Of a stretch of DNA of 64,000 bases, positions 1-15,427 are shown in pieces. The position numbers and the translations under genes were made by a program. The notes beneath the pieces were generated by a model. The model did not search any database and had not been told where the DNA came from. It saw only the letters and a list, made by a program, of their open reading frames with translations. The DNA comes from Octopus vulgaris (taxonomy: Eukaryota). The first letter of the stretch is position 1. Every line of letters begins with the position of its first letter. The DNA is taken from assembly GCA_951406725.2 (NCBI GenBank), contig OX597827.1, positions 2,542,001 to 2,606,000 of the forward strand. The letters run 5' to 3'.

Positions 1-29
1 GCTAGTCCGCTGCCCTAACCATTGCACCT

Positions 30-997
<968 letters not shown>

Positions 998-1008
998 ATA
1001 TATATGTT

Positions 1009-1225
1009 AGGCACAGGCATGGGTGAATCGTTAAAGATTTACTCTCAACCATGTGGTTCCGGGTTCAGTCCCGCTGCTTGGCACCTTGCACAACCGTCTT
1101 CTACCTTGGCCTCGAGCCAACCAAACCCTCGTGAGTGAATCTGAGAGATTGAAACTGAAAGAAGACTGTCGTGTATATATGTGTGCGTGCGAGTGTGTAT
1201 GTGTGTGTATATGTCTACGTTTGTA
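1009..1225 (+). mobile_element. SINE family A, 5' half
   Basis: ggttccgggttcagtccc...ggcaccttg...gaaactgaaagaagac. Confidence 0.75.
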
Positions 1226-1529
1226 TATTGGAGGTGACTTGAGCTGAGACCGTGTGATGAAACTGATGTAGATTGCAGAAGAGCCCTTCTTAGCCATTTA
1301 TTGGTCAAGGTGTCGCGCTCACGAATACGAAGTCGTGGTTTCAATTCCTCGAGCGGGTGGTGCGTTGTGTTCTTGAGCAAGTTACTTACATCTCGCGTTG
1401 CTCTGCGATCGAACTTGACACCTGACGAGTGATACGCCGTGCGCCTATTCGGGCAACGTCAGTTCGATGGAGGGAGGGAGGAAGCTAACGTTCGCTACAT
1501 ACATTTTTATCTTTTGTTTGGTTCAGTAA

Positions 1530-1626
1530 TTTTTTTATAAGTCTGGCATTTAGTGTACCCGTCTGTCTTGCTGAACCGCTAAGTGATGAGGATGTAAACA
1601 CGCCAACAAGCGGTGGTGGGGGACAG

Positions 1627-1669
<43 letters not shown>

Positions 1670-1865
1670 TACATAGCCACACGTTTGTGTGTGTATATAC
1701 CACGGGCTTCTTTCAGTTTCCGTCTACCTAATCCAAACACGAAGCTTTTGGTCGGTCAGGGCCTATAGTAGAAGACATTTTTACAAGGTGTAACGCAGTT
1801 AGACTGAACCCGGGACCATGTGGTTTGAGAAGCAATCTTCTTACCACACCATCACGCTTGCGCTT
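1530..1865 (-). mobile_element. SINE family A
   Basis: Reverse-complement match: gggcttctttcagtttccgtctacc...cttcttaccacac. Confidence 0.75.
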
Positions 1866-2102
1866 ACTTTAGCTCACTAAATAAACAACTCATTCGTACA
1901 GGTTTTTCGGCAAGAAATTGCAGGACCGCCTTTCTCTGACTACGAGACACTATGAGACTACCATCATATTTCACGTAGTGTTGACTTTTTCGTTTTACAT
2001 ATGCGATCTGGTCACAGATACAGTCCCCTTGTAACTGTTTGAACGTTTGTCAAATACCAGTTTTTGTAGGATTCATTTCCCTTTTCTTTTTAATTTTGTT
2101 TT

Positions 2103-2555
2103 GGATCTTTTCGGTTTGAACGGCAGTTTTTTAAACTATTTTCCACGTAACTAAACACTTTTAAACTTCGTATACTGGTAGAATGTGTTTATAAAACATC
2201 TTTTTCTCTTGGCTTTATTGAGAAAATTCTATAGTTTGTAAGATATTTGTTGTTTTTTTTCTTCAATTTCTGCAATTTCAACCAATCACTGACGTCCATT
2301 GAGGTAAAAAACATTCTGTGCCGTATGAATATGTCCCTCGTTTAAGAAACAGATTGGGTTTATTTACATTTGTGAAGAAAAAAAGATACCTTTCTCCCAC
2401 ACCTAACACTAACCCTAACTAGCCCCAACTAACCCTAACTAACCCTAACCCTAAAACAGATTGAAATGCAATAGATCGATACTAGGGTCATAATTATGGG
2501 TGACAATTTCATATTACACCGCTAGAAAAAACTGCCGTTCAAACCGAAAAGATCC
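2103..2555. mobile_element. MITE with perfect 30-bp TIRs, 8-bp TSD and internal telomere-like repeats
   Basis: TIR ggatcttttcggtttgaacggcagtttttt at 2103-2132 and 2526-2555; TSD tttgtttt on both sides; (ctaacc)-type tract at 2402-2453. Confidence 0.9.
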
Positions 2556-3460
2556 TTTGTTTTAAGTGGAATTCAGGGACTTATAGACTTGTATTGATTT
2601 AGACTGATTTTAACCCCAGGACATCAGTAATCGCTTGATTGCCGTTCGTTAATTTCAGTTTTGATTTTTTTATATTTTTTATTTGGTCAGTTCGCATTGT
2701 TTCGTAAGGTGCGTAGGGCCGGTTTCCCAGTTTCTCTGGTCTGTCGCAGAATTACGCACTTTTAGCAGCAGAGTGGATTGGAACTTGGTGAAATGAAGCG
2801 TCTTGCTCAAGAACATAACGCATCACCCGGTCCAGGTTTCGAAACCACAATCTTACGATCATGAGTCCAACACCCTAACCACTAAGCCATGCACGTCTAC
2901 AATATTTCTTATTTGTTTGTAAAATCTAACATATTATTGTTGTCATTCACCGCCCCATTTTGGGACCCTTCATTTTTCTATTCTCGAAAGATAGTTTTAA
3001 ATATAAGCTGTTTCTGTTCGCTCAAACGGTGTAGTGAAAGTGGTAATTATTAGATAAAAATGGAATTACTACATGTAAAGGGACTACATGTATATATTAT
3101 TGTATATGAATTGTCTATATATTACGTTTATGTATTTGTTTAGCAAGATTTCTGATGTGAAATCGTGTGTTGAAACAAATATTGTTATATTTCGGGACGG
3201 TCATTTTTTTTTTTTTTTGCCAACCACACGCACTATTTACTCGTTCTTCACTTCAGCTTTATCATTTTTCTAATTTTAGGCAAAGGGCACTAAAATAACA
3301 ATAATAATAAAGCTGAAATAAAGAACGAGTATATAGAGCGTGTGGTTATTTGGGAAAAAGAAATAAAAAACCAAAAAGATTACCGTCTCGAAATATAACA
3401 AGATCTATATATTATTCTATATCAAGGGTCAATATATAATTCTTTCTGCAGGGTCTATAC

Positions 3461-3521
<61 letters not shown>

Positions 3522-4049
3522 ACACATTACTAGATTTGAAGAGCCTGTGCTGACTATGTGTCTGTGCATGTATGTGCAGATATAAGTAAGAAATTTTTAT
3601 GCAAGTATTTTTCCAGTCCATTGCCGTTTATCAAAGTCTTTGGACGATGCAACTTGGCGTTACTGTAATAGCAGGCGTTGTTGTCAGAAGCTATGAGCTG
3701 GAACAGATACCACGAAGCATCTTACCCGACTCTATAATAGTTTCACTAACATACTTCCCGAGATTGGTACTTTTTTGATCGGCCCTGAAAAGATAATAGA
3801 TAAAATTGACTTCTGCAGAATGTCGGAACCAAAACGGCTAGACATTGTATTCAACACTTTAACGACTCCGCCAATTTGTCGTCTTAATTGTGGTGTATGG
3901 AAACATCATACCAAAAGCGATTCTATCCAACAATGGGTCTTAACAATATGAACATTAAAACAATAAGAATGGAAACTGAAAATGATTAAAGACGATCGAA
4001 TAAAGATCGATATTATGAGGTTAATGTCAATAAATCTGAATGCAAGAGG

Positions 4050-5060
4050 CCTATAAACCCCCGCGTTCAAAAGAAAGAAGAGAATAAAGAAGGAGAGGAG
4101 CAAAAAGAAAAGGGAGAAAACGAAGCTTTTAAGAAAAGGCCATTAACAAACTTTCAAACGGTTGCAGTGGATTTGTGTCTGTGATCAGTCGCAGGACCAA
4201 ATAGACCTCTCCAGGAGAGAATCTCGAATTTTTCTAATCTCTTTGCATGCACAGATAGGGTGAGAAGACACAGAATCTCGAACTTTGCTACATCTCTTTC
4301 CACGTACAGATAGGGTGAGAAGGAAGACCACCAGTGTAGATTTTGTTGAAGGAGAGGCACCTTACAGACCACAATAACGGTGAGTAAAATAGCACTCGCA
4401 TAAGGAAGATGCAGATAGCAGCAGCATAAGTTGCTAATGAGATTCGTTAAAACATAGAAAAGGAAAGACGAAAGAAGCGTGGAACATAAGGAAAACTAAC
4501 GCCATCTGTGAGGAAGAAATATAAACTATCAGCTATAAGGGAAACAATCCACTGCAAATGAATCAGTCAATGAATATGCGATTAGGACGAAGGTTGGCAT
4601 TTCTCAGATATTGACAACCCTCAAGTAGTCAGATTTGATTCTCTGGCTTGAGAAGACGAAGAAGACCATCCTGATTCAAAGTTATACTGCTTTGGGTACT
4701 AGATTGCCGTTGAAGATTCCAGTGGAAGAATTCCATTCAAATAGGTGGGTTTTATGCAAAATTGCAAGAAGGAAAGGTAACAGACATGACTGATCTCAAA
4801 TTATGTTGGCCATAGAGGATCTCCTGTTCACTCATAGTCATTGCAATATCATTAAAGGTGAGAAAGATTGCAGAATGCCGGATGGGGAAGGCAGCAGAAA
4901 TGATTCCTTATGGTGAGAGAGGAAGGAAGGGAAGCTAAGATGGAAGCCAGTAACTGAAGATGGACAATGATTTGGTTGCCAGATCTAACCTTGCGCACGA
5001 GGAGGATGTTATGGCTCAAGGTCGAAACACTTCAGTGATCATTGGACACCATCAAGTTTA
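4050..5060 (-). mobile_element. Highly decayed LINE reverse-transcriptase region (CR1/Jockey-like)
   Basis: Only faint residual motifs in the expected order (QYGFR-like, PTxF.IFID, IAD) on the minus strand; purine-rich + strand. Confidence 0.35.
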
Positions 5061-5091
5061 CATTCATCAAAGATAAATTAAGGAGAAGCAG

Positions 5092-5216
<125 letters not shown>

Positions 5217-5834
5217 GAGACAGACAGACAGACAGATAGAAAGAAAGAAAGAGTTAGCTATACATACATCTATATGTATGTATATATAAATATATGTATA
5301 TGCATAAAACACGCGTGCGCGCACACGTACGCAGTCACACACATACAGACACACATACACCTTGCAATTCTGATATATAAATGATTTTGTCACAAGGTAC
5401 TGTATATTGCAATAATATAAACAGGAAACAATAGACTGCTTCAAATAGCTGCGCAGTTATATATAAAATATACTGCAGAACTACAGAATATGTATTAGCA
5501 GATACTAAATCAACTTATGTATTAAAGTTGCTTCAGACTTTATAGCTAAAATAGAGCACTTTAAAATGTTAATTATTAACAGTTATGTTCTACCAGAGAA
5601 TTTTTAAGTACACTTTTCGATTATTTATTTTGCAGTCAGTCGTAACTTCGTCTCATCGGTTTAACAGAAGAAAAAAAAAGATAATCCGTGCACGAAGTCG
5701 CAAACCACTATAAATACCAGTGACACCATTAACATTTCCTATTCGCTCCACTGATGATCGTGGCAGCATATGAAACCACAGTCTGAGACAATTTCAATCG
5801 ATTTGGCTTATTTATTATCTACTAAAATGACGAA

Positions 5835-6535
5835 TGTGAGATGGCAGCATTGTTAGCATGCTGGGCAATATGCTTAGCAGCCTTTTCATTTTTTTTTTGT
5901 TTTCTTGTTTTCCAGCATTTTACATTCTGAGTTCAAATCTCTCTGAGATCAAGCTTTGCTTTTAATCCTTTAGAGGCCGATAAAATAAGTACCAGTCGAG
6001 CTATGGACTCGCTGTAATCGACTAACCTCTCCCCGCAAAATTTCAGGCCTAGTGGCTATAGTACAAAAAAAAAAGTTATCTCCTGAAATGAAGGCGATGA
6101 GCTGACCGTTAGCGCTGCCAACAAAATGGTAGCATCATTTTCTTCTCCATCCTGTGTTCAAATCCCAGTAAGGTCAAACTTTGCCTTTCACCCTTTTGGG
6201 TTCGATAAAACGAGTACCAATTCAGTTACTGGAGTTGGTGTAATCACCTTGCCTCTTCAAGTCTGGTGGCTGCGGTATACAAAAATCATTATCCACTGAA
6301 ATAAAAGCCGGTGAGATGGCAGAATCGTCAGCGTGCCCGACACAATGTTGGGTAACAATTTTTCCAGCTCTTTACATTCTGGTTTCAAATCCCGCCGGGA
6401 TCAACTTTACCTTTCATCCTTTCGGTGTCGATGAAATAAAATACCAGTCAAGTCTTGGGTTCAATGTACTTTGACTAGTTACCCCACATCTACTAAAATG
6501 GCTGACCTTGTACCAAAATTTGAAACCATTATTAT
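5835..6535 (+). mobile_element. Three tandem diverged SINE family B copies
   Basis: Heads at about 5836, 6091 and 6308; each has a B-box and a ctttcatcc...cgataaaa...agtacca-type motif. Confidence 0.75.
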
Positions 6536-6980
6536 CTACGATAGAGGTTGTGTAGGCCACAATTAATTAAATGTATAATCACACACACACACACACACAC
6601 GCACGCGCAGAAGGATGAAAGCAATAACAGTCGCAGTGGTGACAAAAATGATTAGGGAGGCAGAAATGACAAGGATTATTGTAGGCGATTTTGATGTTTC
6701 TTTGCCCTACGTCCACCTTAACAGAGCCGAGGTATGTTTATTGAAGTCGATCCATCCAAGACTATTCTACTATTTTTCAGACAAAGCACTTCTTGGAGTA
6801 CATCATCGAATGTGTCCTTTGTCTTATTTTGAAGGCAGTGGGCTGTGATCTGTTATTCCTCGCTGGTCGAGTAATCACATTGAGCCTTCATGGTGAGGAA
6901 CTTCATGGCGACGATAATGATGATGATGATAATGGACGACGACGACGATGATGATGGTGATGATGATGATGAGGAGGAGG

Positions 6981-7011
<31 letters not shown>

Positions 7012-7135
7012 AGAGGAGGAGGAGGATGGAGTGGGGTCCGTGTCATCGTCGTCATCGTAGTCAACTTGATAATAATGATTGCGCCCATAATATTGATAAT
7101 CATCATCAGTTTACATCATCATCATTATCGTCATA

Positions 7136-7320
7136 AATTATTTTGGTTTGCCTCAGGCTTCGGTCCTATTCTTGAGAGGATTTATTTGGGTAGCGGGTTA
7201 ATACCCGTAACCTTGGGTTATCCACAAGTTTTCAGCAGTCTTTCACAGGCTTAGAACTCTCCTGATTATCCTTGCTGTCCCTGAGAGACAACACTTTTGT
7301 CGAAGCTCTAACGGGTATTC
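7136..7320 (-). mobile_element. R4/Dong-like extreme 3' end embedded in trinucleotide repeats
   Basis: QKCCLSGTARIIRRVLSL* resembles the LQK..LLGTARILRKVL C-terminus of this clade; flanked by (TAA/CAA/GAT) tracts. Confidence 0.65.
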
Positions 7321-7346
7321 TGTTGTTGTTGTTGTTGTTGTTATTA

Positions 7347-7473
<127 letters not shown>

Positions 7474-7575
7474 TTTCTTTATTGGCCACCAGAGCCGAAC
7501 ACAAAACGATACATAGACGATAGACAGGGAAGTTAAACGCGTAAACAGCAAACAAACACAACGATTAACGAAAAG

Positions 7576-7794
7576 GTTCTTTTCTATTCTCCTCTAGGCG
7601 CAAGGCCCGACATTTTGAGGGGAGGGGGCCAGTCGATTAGATCGACCCCAGTACACAACTAGCACTTAATTTACCGAACCCGAAAGGATGAAAGGCAAAG
7701 TCGACCTCGGCGGAATTTGAACTCGAAACGTTAAGACAGACGAAATACTACTAAGCATTTCGTCCGGTGTGCTAACGTTTCTGCCAGCTCGCCG
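7576..7794 (-). mobile_element. SINE family B
   Basis: cgaaaggatgaaaggcaaagtcgacctcggcggaatttgaactc. Other copies lie at about 3690, 8595, 21762, 35770, 36050, 50740 and 50950. Confidence 0.8.
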
Positions 7795-7872
7795 ATTAAC
7801 AAAGAGATCAAATCAACAGTATGCTTCCCCAATAGGGGTGGGGAGTTCCACCGTAAGGTGACCAAAGAAACC

Positions 7873-7957
<85 letters not shown>

Positions 7958-7964
7958 AATAATG

Positions 7965-8023
<59 letters not shown>

Positions 8024-8027
<4 letters not shown>

Positions 8028-8580
8028 GCCCTGATGCAGTTCCAGGCAGTGGCTCTCGTGGCTTCTGATCTTAACTGATTGGAAATGTTATCATGTACAT
8101 TGTTTTGTCTTGGTATAAAAGATGGGCTACAGCAAATATTCTGCTCAATACCTCAGATTTGCTTGTCAGTTGTTTGACTTGAACCAGTTGAGCATGTCCC
8201 TTAGTGGCTGATGATATGTACATCTCTGATCACGAGCAGAAGTAGTGGGGGAGCATCATAGCCATGTGTTGAGAGGGATTCTTTGGGGTTTGGATAATAC
8301 ACCTTTGGAAACATGGGTGGTTCGTTCAACATCCTTAAACAACCCTTATTCAGGGACCTTTTGAGCGGGATGGGCTACTCGACCAGAAGAAAATTCTAAC
8401 TGGGCCCCACCTGCAAGGTCTTGCGCTGTTTATCTTGAGAGATCACCATGTCGTGCACATATGGTTGTGATGCATGTACCTGGTGTACCCTTAACAGGCG
8501 GGTAGTCATGATGGGTATACTGGGCTTCGTATATTTTACCCCAGTGTCACTTCGATGGCATGCACTGCTCTCTCATTCAA
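8024..8580. mobile_element. ~555-bp non-coding element inserted in (TAA)n
   Basis: A complex sequence bounded on both sides by (TAA)n (7873-8023 and 8579-8593). Confidence 0.5.
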
Positions 8581-9004
8581 TAATAATAATAATATCGTCA
8601 GTACGCCGGGCAAAATGCATAGCGGCACTTCGTCCGTCTTCGCGTTCTAAGTTTAAATTCCCCCGACGTTACTTAGTTTTCTTCCTTTCGGGCTCGATAA
8701 AATAAGTACCCTTTGAGCTCTGGGGTCAAGAGAATCGACTCCCCCTGCTTCAAACATACTGGCCTTGTTCCAAAATTAGAATTATTATTATTATTACTTT
8801 TTTTTTTTATCATGATGATAATAGCTTTAAAATTTAAAGCTATTACATTCATTACTAACATCACCATCATTATTATGATTATCATCATCATCATCATCGT
8901 CACTATCCTTTTCACCACCAACACCAATCATCCACCATCATCATCATTATTATTAGAATGAGGAGTATGACAAGGATTCTGATGATATTGATGAAAACAA
9001 TTCA

Positions 9005-9066
<62 letters not shown>

Positions 9067-9067
9067 C

Positions 9068-9102
<35 letters not shown>

Positions 9103-9118
9103 CGATGATGACGACGAC

Positions 9119-9156
<38 letters not shown>

Positions 9157-9283
9157 CGATGATGATGACGACGATGATGATGATGATGATGATGACGACG
9201 ACGATGATGATGATGATGATGATGATGATGACGATGATGATGACGACGACGATGATGATGATGATGATGATGATGACGACGAC

Positions 9284-9351
<68 letters not shown>

Positions 9352-9433
9352 CGATGATGATGTCGACGATGATGATGATGATGATGATGATGACGATGAT
9401 GATGACGACGATGATGATGATGATGATGATGAA

Positions 9434-9501
<68 letters not shown>

Positions 9502-9649
9502 CGATGATGATGTCGACGATGATGATGATGATGATGATGATGACGATGATGATGACGACGATGATGATGATGATGATGATGATGACGACGATGATGATGA
9601 TGATGATGATGGTGATGATGAAGATGATGAGGATGATGATGATGATGAA

Positions 9650-9723
<74 letters not shown>

Positions 9724-9757
9724 CGACGACGACGGCGACGATGATAATGACGACATG
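9005..9757. repeat. (GAT/GAC)n array
   Basis: Seen directly; ~750 bp, with internal higher-order duplication (gtcgac variants at 9363 and 9512). Confidence 0.95.
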
Positions 9758-9964
9758 ACGAGTGTGGTGATGGCGTTCATACTGATGACAATGTTCGTCA
9801 GACTAATGTATGCAGGTAAATACAATTTTGAATGTATGAACATATGCATATATGCAAATGGACATATATACATACGGGTAGATACATAGATATACCTGCA
9901 AGTAGTGTATACAGAGTGACCCTCAGCATTCACACTCCTACGTTGATATTTGTACGTACATGTG

Positions 9965-10951
<987 letters not shown>

Positions 10952-11324
10952 ATAAAAAGACAGATGGACAAAGGAATGTTGATAGACAAAGCGGGAGTTG
11001 AGGGAGTAAGAGATATAGGTAGAGAGACAGAAATTGAATTAACAATTGTTAGTTAAAGACAAAGAAATATAACGAGAGAGAGAGAGAGAGGGAGAGAGAG
11101 AGAGAAAGAGAGAGAGAGAGACTGACTGAGAGAAAGAGAGAGAGAGAGATTGAAGCATCGAGGAAAAGAGGAGTCATGAGTGGGGGGTGGGAAAATTCAT
11201 TAGAAATTCTTGTTTCTGGAAATGGTTTCCAACTGAATGAAGTGGCTTTTGTTCAATGTTGCATCTATTTCATACTTTTACAAATATTCCCAAGATGATT
11301 AGTCCTTACAGAAGAACAGCTACA

Positions 11325-11371
<47 letters not shown>

Positions 11372-11715
11372 TTATGTATGTGTGTATGTACGTGTTGTAT
11401 GTGTTTGTGTGTGTGTGTGTGTGAGTTCTCTCGAAATACACATCACTCTCGGCAGACCACGCTACCACCTTACGAAGACCGCTAACAACAACAACAACAA
11501 CAACAACAACAGACACAACCACATTAACAAAAACAACATCAACTACAACAAGAGCAATGCCAGCAACTGCAACACTGCTATCACTACCACCACCACCACA
11601 CAATACTGCTGACGCCACACTTCCAAAATGTCTGCTGAAGCTTACAAGGACAAAATTCTGCTAAGCTCCTCTTCTCATCTTGTTATAACCCTTTTAGACA
11701 CACACGCACACACAC

Positions 11716-11759
<44 letters not shown>

Positions 11760-12151
11760 ACTCACACACACACACACACACACACACATTCACACATACG
11801 TTCACACGTACATGTTGTATTCTATTCTACTTCAGCCATTATACTATGTGTGTGCATGTGTGTAATCCTGTATGAACATATGTATTTGTGTGTGTGTGTG
11901 CGTGCGTGTACATGCATGCATTCATAGACACGTGTGTGTGTGTGTATGTGTATCTGTATGCTTATGTATGTAACTCTATGTGGGGGATAAGTAATATTAA
12001 TAACAGCAAATGAAACGTACTCATACACACACTCACACACACACATTTATACGTGTGTATAACATATGCATACATATATATATAAGTATATATATATATG
12101 CATATGTATAATAGTATATATATATATATAATTATATATATATATATAATT

Positions 12152-12210
<59 letters not shown>

Positions 12211-12253
12211 GTATAATAGTATATATATACATATATATAAAAGTATATATATA

Positions 12254-12340
<87 letters not shown>

Positions 12341-12672
12341 ATTATATATATATATATATATACATGCAATTCTCACCGGACATATTGCGTTTCTGGTAGT
12401 CATCTATACATAGATGTCAATGATGTTCTCATAATGCTTTCATCAACTGGCCGCAAAGAGACTTATGAGTGTTGCTGTTTATATACACCCTACATCAGAA
12501 ATAAAAGAAATAAATGAAATACAGTAGAATATGACAATAAACTTAATTTACTGCGCAGAATCATTGTAAGTGAACTCGAATCCTTGAAATGAAACTTAAA
12601 AATAGATTTTAAAATGTTACGTTGCTGCAGTCTGGGCGACTATAAATGGGTGTCACCCGAGTACTGTTAGAG

Positions 12673-12942
12673 CAGTAGTTCTCATGCATTTTCTGAACTG
12701 CCATTCCCTTCTATCCTACTCTCCACCACAAACGTAGACCATTTTTCTGCAGGAAATTCAAAGCACCAGTATTTCACAAATTGAACTCAAACTAATAAAC
12801 CCATTATTTTGTTGCTTTTACATCGATCGCCCTCTCTTGGCCGCCCCATTCTCGCGCCCCACATTTCTTCAACGCCACCCCACATAGATCCTTCCACCGC
12901 TTCGGGAGGAGTGTGCTATAACGCCCACTTTGGGAACCACTG
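12673..12942. mobile_element. hAT/Charlie-like MITE (old)
   Basis: Termini cagtagttctca ... tgggaaccactg; the TSD is degenerate. Confidence 0.5.
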
Positions 12943-13079
12943 CGTTGGGAGTTCAAGGATGAAGAGTCGAGGTTGGTGTTGATATATCAACCTCTGGTCG
13001 TTGTTACATAGGCACCTGAAACAGTTAGCAAAAGCATAGGTCGTATTCCCGAGCCGTACTCGCAGACGAATGACGTTTA

Positions 13080-13613
13080 ACTTTATCTTTTTATTTATTT
13101 CAGTCATTAGCCTGCGGCCATGCTGGGGCACCACTTTCAAGAATTTTTAGTCGAATGACTCGATCCCACTACTCATATTTTTCCTATGCCTGATACTTAT
13201 TCTATCATTCTCTTTTACCGAAACGCTAATTTACGGGGACGTAAACACACCAACACCAGTAGTAGTACGATGGCGGAGATAAACACTGACACAAAGACTC
13301 ACACACATTGATGTACTTGTTAATACATACATACATACATACATACATACATACATACATACATACATACATACACACGTGTATATATATATACCACTGT
13401 CCGATGTCAGGACGCCATGATAGATCGTTAGCTCCTACACGCATTTTTTTTTCTCTCTTTGTTTCTCTCCTTGTTTTTTTCTGTGTATCTTTTTGTCGAA
13501 GAGCGTAGGCTCGAAACGTAAAAGACTTTTTCTATTCCTGAGCGCTATACTAATACATTTGTTTGTTTGTACTCCACCTGCCTTCGTCTTTTGTTTATTT
13601 TCGTAAACTTTCC

Positions 13614-13661
<48 letters not shown>

Positions 13662-13815
13662 GACGAGCTTCTTTCAGTTTGCGTTTACCAAATCCACTCA
13701 CAAGGCTTCGTTTGGTTCGAGAATATAAGACAGGATAGAAGGCGCCACACGGATTGAACCCGGAACCAATGTGGTTGCGAAGTAAATTTCTTGCCACACC
13801 GTCACACCTGCGCCT
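13080..13815 (-). mobile_element. SINE family A with a family D element nested in its microsatellite
   Basis: 3' half at 13080-13305 and 5' half at 13660-13815. Confidence 0.75.
13420..13617 (+). mobile_element. ~200-bp dispersed element with minimal hammerhead-like motif (family D), ending in (TA)n
   Basis: tcttt-TTGTCGA-a-gagcgtaggctc-GAAACGTA-aaaga at 13488-13525; homologous to the copies at 25365, 32712, 37612 and 56350. Confidence 0.65.
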
Positions 13816-13959
13816 ATATATATAATAATATTATACATTATATGATATGTTGTGTGTATATTTGTGTGTGTATGTGTAAATAAGCAGTATAAGATATAGA
13901 TTCAGAGAATCGTGCGGCTGTTCCAATAAGCTCCTCTTACGGACGCAGCTACCAATCCA

Positions 13960-14290
13960 AGTATTACAAAGTGATGTAATACATTCAGAGAGCTACTCGG
14001 TCGACACAGATTTCCAGAGGAGTAGATTACGGCAACGTCGCTTAAGTTAAAGCTAGCTTTCTTTCTTTTTATATATTGGAGAATACATAAAAAGTGGAGA
14101 ATTGTGGAGAAATCCAAGCCATATGATAATGGCTCTAAGAAATGCAACTTAATGTGTAACTCAAAAATCACATATCTTTTTTAGATCCAAGAATTCCACC
14201 ACACTGCGAAGTTCTAGAACCGAAATTTTTAGCAGGTGCAACCACATAAACAGTTTCCTTTTGTCGAACTGGAGGACACAACTCGCTCCG
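13960..14290 (+). pseudogene. Penelope-like element, decayed C-terminus of the GIY-YIG endonuclease region
   Basis: Manual translation gives KWRIVEKSKPYDNGSKKCNL (~14091-14150) and RTEIFSRCNHINSFLLSNW (~14216-14272). These resemble the PLE C-terminal pattern IKWxI..PY..xKxCNLC..RSELISKCRH. Confidence 0.65.
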
Positions 14291-14927
14291 GATTTAATAG
14301 GTGTCTCACAGATTTCGGCCTCCTTTCTGTTATATTATTCTACACCAGCTAGATTAATTAGGATTTCTACAGACAAAGGGGATGAAGATCTTTGCTTTCT
14401 TACTTCTCGCTCCCCATTTGGCATCAACCTTCTTCGCGTCTTTTTGCTCTTTATTTATTTCTCATTTCCTCCCAGCCCAGTATTTTGGTTTTTAAATCCA
14501 TCTAACGTTGCCTGTTTATAGAGATACACGGTACGTTTTACAAACCTGACAATTTAAAGTATGGTTAAGAATGAAACTATTAGTAGCACTTTCGTAATTG
14601 TGTATTGAATTTGTGCGTGTATGGATGTGTGTGCTTGTATGTATGTGAGTGCGTGTGTAAGCAACTCATTTCTGCTGCCAGTTACTATTGACATTATGTC
14701 TATAACTTTAATCCTAGTAATTTCCGCATTCACGCAGTTTTTTTAGCATTGGAAATTGTAACTATTTGTCTTCTTGGCATTTCGGCGATTGTCGTTCACC
14801 ACCGGTTTATGTACATTGTTCTTCACAATCGACGATATAAACGATTTTTGTCTGCTGCCTGCTGACAAAGATATTACACAATCATAGAATTCTGTGGACA
14901 ACTGTTTGCCAGAATCATGATGTGACC

Positions 14928-15012
<85 letters not shown>

Positions 15013-15246
15013 TATATATATATATGTAGTTATGTATTTCTGTATGTATGTATGGATGTGTGTGTATGTATGTGTATGTATGCATAATATAAATATATGT
15101 ATGTATGTATGTATCTATCTATCTATCTTCATATATATATATATCAGTTTGGCATTAACTGTCAGAAAAAGAGTACTCGATACCGTGGTCAATGCGACGA
15201 TCACACGCTACACACCTTTCTTCCAAGCACTGCTGTAAACAGCGAA

Positions 15247-15382
15247 ATTCCTCGGTGCACGTTGAGTACATTCTAAATGATTTATACGGAAGGCAGAGTG
15301 TATTGGAAACTTTATTTATCCCAACGATCGTTATGATAAAGTTACCAATACACTCTGTATTCCGTATCAATAATTTAGAATG

Positions 15383-15427
<45 letters not shown>

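Noticed and set aside
2402-2453. True telomere or chromosome-fusion scar
   Set aside because: The tract is short, degenerate and internal to a TIR-bounded MITE.
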